Source: Christensenellales bacterium (GTDB lineage Bacteria > Bacillota > Clostridia > Christensenellales > UMGS416). From it: a stretch of DNA of 64,000 nucleotides. Made by a program: the position numbers and the translations under genes. Positions 61,083 to 64,000 of the stretch are shown here, piece by piece; the stretch's first letter is position 1, and each line of letters begins with the position of its first letter. Below the pieces are notes generated by a model. That model had not been told where the DNA came from. It made no database searches and was given only the letters and a program-made list of their open reading frames with translations. The stretch is taken from NCBI GenBank assembly GCA_050948665.1, contig JBMNEH010000001.1:1891079-1955078 (forward strand). The letters run 5' to 3'.

Positions 61083-61989
61083 GGATGCGGGTACCCGGTT
61101 GGACGCATGGCTGGCTGCCCATACCGAACTGTCCCGCTCCCGTGCCGCAGCGCTGTTGGCGGATGGGTGCATTACAGTGAACGGAGCTCCCGCAAAAGCC
61201 TCTCTGCGCCTTTCCGGCGGGGAGGTTATTTTATGTGCCCTGCCGGAGGCGGTGCCTATGGAGGCCCGGCCGGAAGCCATCTCTCTGGATATTGTATATG
61301 AAGACGAGGCTATATTAATCATCAATAAGCCCCGGGGAATGGTAGTGCATCCGGCTGCCGGAAATACAACCGGTACATTGGTCAATGCCCTGCTGTACCA
61401 TTGCCATAATCTATCCGGTATCGGGGGGGTGCTGCGGCCAGGGATCGTTCACCGGATCGACAAGGACACCACGGGGCTGCTGGCCGTGGCAAAAAATGAT
61501 GAAGCGCATCGGGTTCTGGCCGCGCAGTTAGAGAACCGCTCCATGTTCCGTCGGTATACCGCCTTGGTAGAGGGGGCGCTCAAGCCGGAGGAGGGCGAAG
61601 TGGAGGCACCCATAGGCCGTAATCCGGCGGACAGGAAATCCATGGCCGTCGTGCAGAGAGGAAAGCCGGCAGTTACACACTGGCAGGTCCTGCAAAGATT
61701 TCCGGACTATACGCTAGTAGCCTGCCGCCTGGAAACCGGACGCACCCACCAGATCCGGGTACATATGAAGTCTCTCGGGCATCCTGTGGCGGGAGACCCG
61801 ATATACGGCAGTAAAAAAAATCCTCTCCGAGCGCCGGGGCAGTTGCTACACGCGGAGAAACTGACGCTGCGTCATCCGATAACCGGGGAGCAAATGACCT
61901 TTCAGGCTCCCCTGCCGGAAGACTTTCGCCAGATCCTGGATGCGCTTTCCCGTAAAGCCGGCTTTTTTGCAGAAAAAGATCCTAAATAA
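61051..61989 (+). CDS. rluD: RluA/RluD-family 23S rRNA pseudouridine synthase
   Basis: S4-like RLDAWL, NKPRGMVVHP, RPGIVHRIDKDTTG, ETGRTHQIRVH; start ATG 61051. Confidence 0.95.
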   Translation: MRTLRLIPAPEDAGTRLDAWLAAHTELSRSRAAALLADGCITVNGAPAKASLRLSGGEVILCALPEAVPMEARPEAISLDIVYEDEAILIINKPRGMVVHPAAGNTTGTLVNALLYHCHNLSGIGGVLRPGIVHRIDKDTTGLLAVAKNDEAHRVLAAQLENRSMFRRYTALVEGALKPEEGEVEAPIGRNPADRKSMAVVQRGKPAVTHWQVLQRFPDYTLVACRLETGRTHQIRVHMKSLGHPVAGDPIYGSKKNPLRAPGQLLHAEKLTLRHPITGEQMTFQAPLPEDFRQILDALSRKAGFFAEKDPK

Positions 61990-62039
61990 ACACAACAAAG
62001 ATCCATGATGCCATGAAGCCAAAATGAACGCATAGGCAG

Positions 62040-62088
62040 AACGCTCCCCTGCCCGGCGACCGGCGGAGCAGGGGAGCGTTTTAAAAAA
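62040..62088 (+). terminator. Hairpin terminator after rluD
   Basis: aacgctcccctgc/gcaggggagcgtt 13-bp stem. Confidence 0.65.
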
Positions 62089-62186
62089 GACGCAGGGGAA
62101 GCAGGGTCCTGCGCTTTAATGCCGCCTTTTCTCCGGCGCCTGTGTTTACTCCGCTACAATATGGTTCGAGCACTATCAGGGCAATA

Positions 62187-62215
62187 TTGACACCGGCAGA
62201 CCGGAGTGTTAAAAT
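62187..62215 (+). promoter_or_regulatory. sigmaA promoter of dapA-dapB
   Basis: TTGACA-17nt-TAAAAT. Confidence 0.75.
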
Positions 62216-62252
62216 AACGACATATCCGACTCCATTGAAGGGGGCAGTCAAC

Positions 62253-63131
62253 ATGAAGATTTTTCGCGGGGCAGCTACTGCGCTGGTAACGCCCTTTGAC
62301 CACCGGGGAGAGGTGGATTTTGAGGTTTGGGAGCAGCTGGTAAAGAGGCAGATATCCTCCGGCATATCCGCGTTGATCGTCTGCGGCACAACGGGGGAAC
62401 CAAGCACCCTAACCACGGACGAGAAACAGCGCCTTATTTCTTCTGCCATAAGAATCGCCGAGGGCCGGCTTCCGGTCATCGCCGGAACGGGCGGTAACAA
62501 CACAAAAAAAGTCATTGAGGACTCTATAGCCGCCGAGGATTTGGGTGCGGATGCCCTGCTAATCGTGACTCCCTATTATAATAAAACCTCTCCGGACGGC
62601 CTTACCGCCCATTACCATGCCGTTGCCGATCAAGTGAAGCTGCCGATCATCGTGTATAATGTTCCCTCCCGCACCGGGCTGAACGTGACGCCCTCCCAGC
62701 TGGCATCCATTGCCACCCACCCCGGGATCACGGCAATGAAGGAAGCTTCCGGAGATATAAAGCAATTGTTGGAGATGAAACGTCTCTGCCCCGATATGGC
62801 CTTCTATTCCGGTACGGATGAGGTGAACCTTCCCCTGCTCGCCTGTGGCGGCGACGGTGTGATCTCCGTGGTCTCCAATGTAGTGCCCCGGCAGATTGCA
62901 CGGTTGTGTGACAGTTTTTTTGCTGGCGATCTGGCGACAGCGCTGGAGATCCAGCTTTCCCTGATGCCTCTGATCGCCGCCCTCTTCTCTGAAACCAACC
63001 CCATACCCGCGAAGGCTGCTCTTTCCGCGATGGGTCTTTGCGAAGATGTGCTGCGCCTGCCGTTAGTACCTATGTCTGATGCGAAAAGGGCAGCATTGCT
63101 TGCGCTGCTTAAGGACGGGAGGCTCATCTGA
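62253..63131 (+). CDS. dapA: 4-hydroxy-tetrahydrodipicolinate synthase
   Basis: ALVTPF, CGTTGE, GTGGNNT, PYYNK, YNVPSRTG, KEAS, ETNPIPAK; start ATG 62253. Confidence 0.97.
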   Translation: MKIFRGAATALVTPFDHRGEVDFEVWEQLVKRQISSGISALIVCGTTGEPSTLTTDEKQRLISSAIRIAEGRLPVIAGTGGNNTKKVIEDSIAAEDLGADALLIVTPYYNKTSPDGLTAHYHAVADQVKLPIIVYNVPSRTGLNVTPSQLASIATHPGITAMKEASGDIKQLLEMKRLCPDMAFYSGTDEVNLPLLACGGDGVISVVSNVVPRQIARLCDSFFAGDLATALEIQLSLMPLIAALFSETNPIPAKAALSAMGLCEDVLRLPLVPMSDAKRAALLALLKDGRLI

Positions 63132-64000
63132 TGATTCGGGTGCTTCTGCAGGGTTGTATGGGAAAAATGGGTCAGTGTATCACCCGCCTTTGTTCTCTTC
63201 GTGACGACATGGAGATCGTAGCCGGAGTCGATATCTTCCTGCCGGAAAAATCTCCCTACCCGGTATACAGCACTCCCGCCGAGGTCACGGAGGAAGCTGA
63301 TGTTGCCATGGATTTTACTCGGCCTGAGGGCGTCGACGCATTGCTTCCCTATTGTTTGGAAAAACGGCTCCCCCTGCTGTTGGCCACCACCGCCATTACC
63401 GGAGAAAGGTTGGAGCGTATACAAGCCGCGGCATTGAAGATCCCTGTTTTCATGGCCAGCAATCTTTCCTTGGGGATCACCCTACTGCGAAGGCTGCTGC
63501 CGGAAGCCGCCCGCACTCTGGCGGGGTATGACGTGGAGATCATCGAGCGCCACCACAACCAAAAGTCGGATGCTCCCAGCGGTACCGCACTTACCCTGGC
63601 GAAGGTGTTGGAAACTGTGCGGGAGGACAGCTATCCGGTCTTTGGGCGGCATGGTGGTCAGGCAAAACGCCGATCCGGTGAGATCGGCATTCACGCCGTG
63701 CGCGGTGGAACTGTCGCGGGGGACCATGAGGTAAGCTTTTACGGGCATGACGAAGTGGTGACTTTTTCCCACCATGCTGCGTCCCGGGAAATATTCGGCA
63801 CCGGCGCCTTGGCCGCGGCGTTCTTTCTTGCAGGAAAACCGGCCGGCTTCTATGATATGGATAATTTGCTGCAGGAAGTGTCCGAAAAAGGCCGGGCGGA
63901 GATCCTTCCTCATTTGGGGCAACTGGTTTTCTCCGGGACGGACGAGCAGCCTGCCGTGGCGTTGCCGAAGCTTCCCGTAGTGGATACATTTTTTTCTGAG
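63131..64000 (+). CDS. dapB: 4-hydroxy-tetrahydrodipicolinate reductase with C-terminal extension (runs off window; absent from ORF track)
   Basis: Manual translation: GCMGKMG, DFTRPE, ASNLSLG, EIIERHHNQKSDAPSGTA, HAVRGG, GDHEV, SREIFGTGA; no stop through base 64000. Confidence 0.93.
   Translation, partial: MIRVLLQGCMGKMGQCITRLCSLRDDMEIVAGVDIFLPEKSPYPVYSTPAEVTEEADVAMDFTRPEGVDALLPYCLEKRLPLLLATTAITGERLERIQAAALKIPVFMASNLSLGITLLRRLLPEAARTLAGYDVEIIERHHNQKSDAPSGTALTLAKVLETVREDSYPVFGRHGGQAKRRSGEIGIHAVRGGTVAGDHEVSFYGHDEVVTFSHHAASREIFGTGALAAAFFLAGKPAGFYDMDNLLQEVSEKGRAEILPHLGQLVFSGTDEQPAVALPKLPVVDTFFSE

Noticed and set aside
61990-62250. Lysine riboswitch upstream of dapA
   Set aside because: Region is explained by the rluD terminator and a promoter close to the ATG; no riboswitch motifs

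Overview
Core-genome window from a moderately GC-rich Clostridia-type Firmicute. The minus strand carries the complete S10-spc-alpha ribosomal protein cluster (rpsJ to rplQ, 30834 down to 15155), then ecfA1-ecfA2-ecfT-truA, rubrerythrin and a 4-subunit 2-oxoacid:ferredoxin oxidoreductase. The plus strand carries rpoB-rpoC, rpsL-rpsG-fusA-tuf, coaE-lspA-rluA and dapA-dapB. Between them are proS with a T-box, a split chromate transporter, a nucleoside-type ABC transporter, radC, htrA and a small redox cluster containing a frameshifted Gfo/Idh/MocA gene. I saw no tRNA, rRNA, CRISPR array or mobile element. The most unusual signals are in the core machinery. (1) The uL22 exit-tunnel hairpin tip has lost its conserved PRAxGRA motif. 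(2) uS12 has RVKD swapped to KVRD (K88R). (3) RpoB carries Q513H plus H526N in the rifampicin pocket. (4) uS5, uL2 and uL3 also have altered motifs. (5) Codon skew suggests rpoBC-str lies on the lagging strand, while tuf has the opposite skew, consistent with gene conversion from a second copy. (6) DapB runs past its normal C-terminus, possibly a fusion. (7) There are several unassigned structured leaders, the best being a switch-like 5' leader of rubrerythrin. All homolog comparisons are from memory and by eye; no searches were run.
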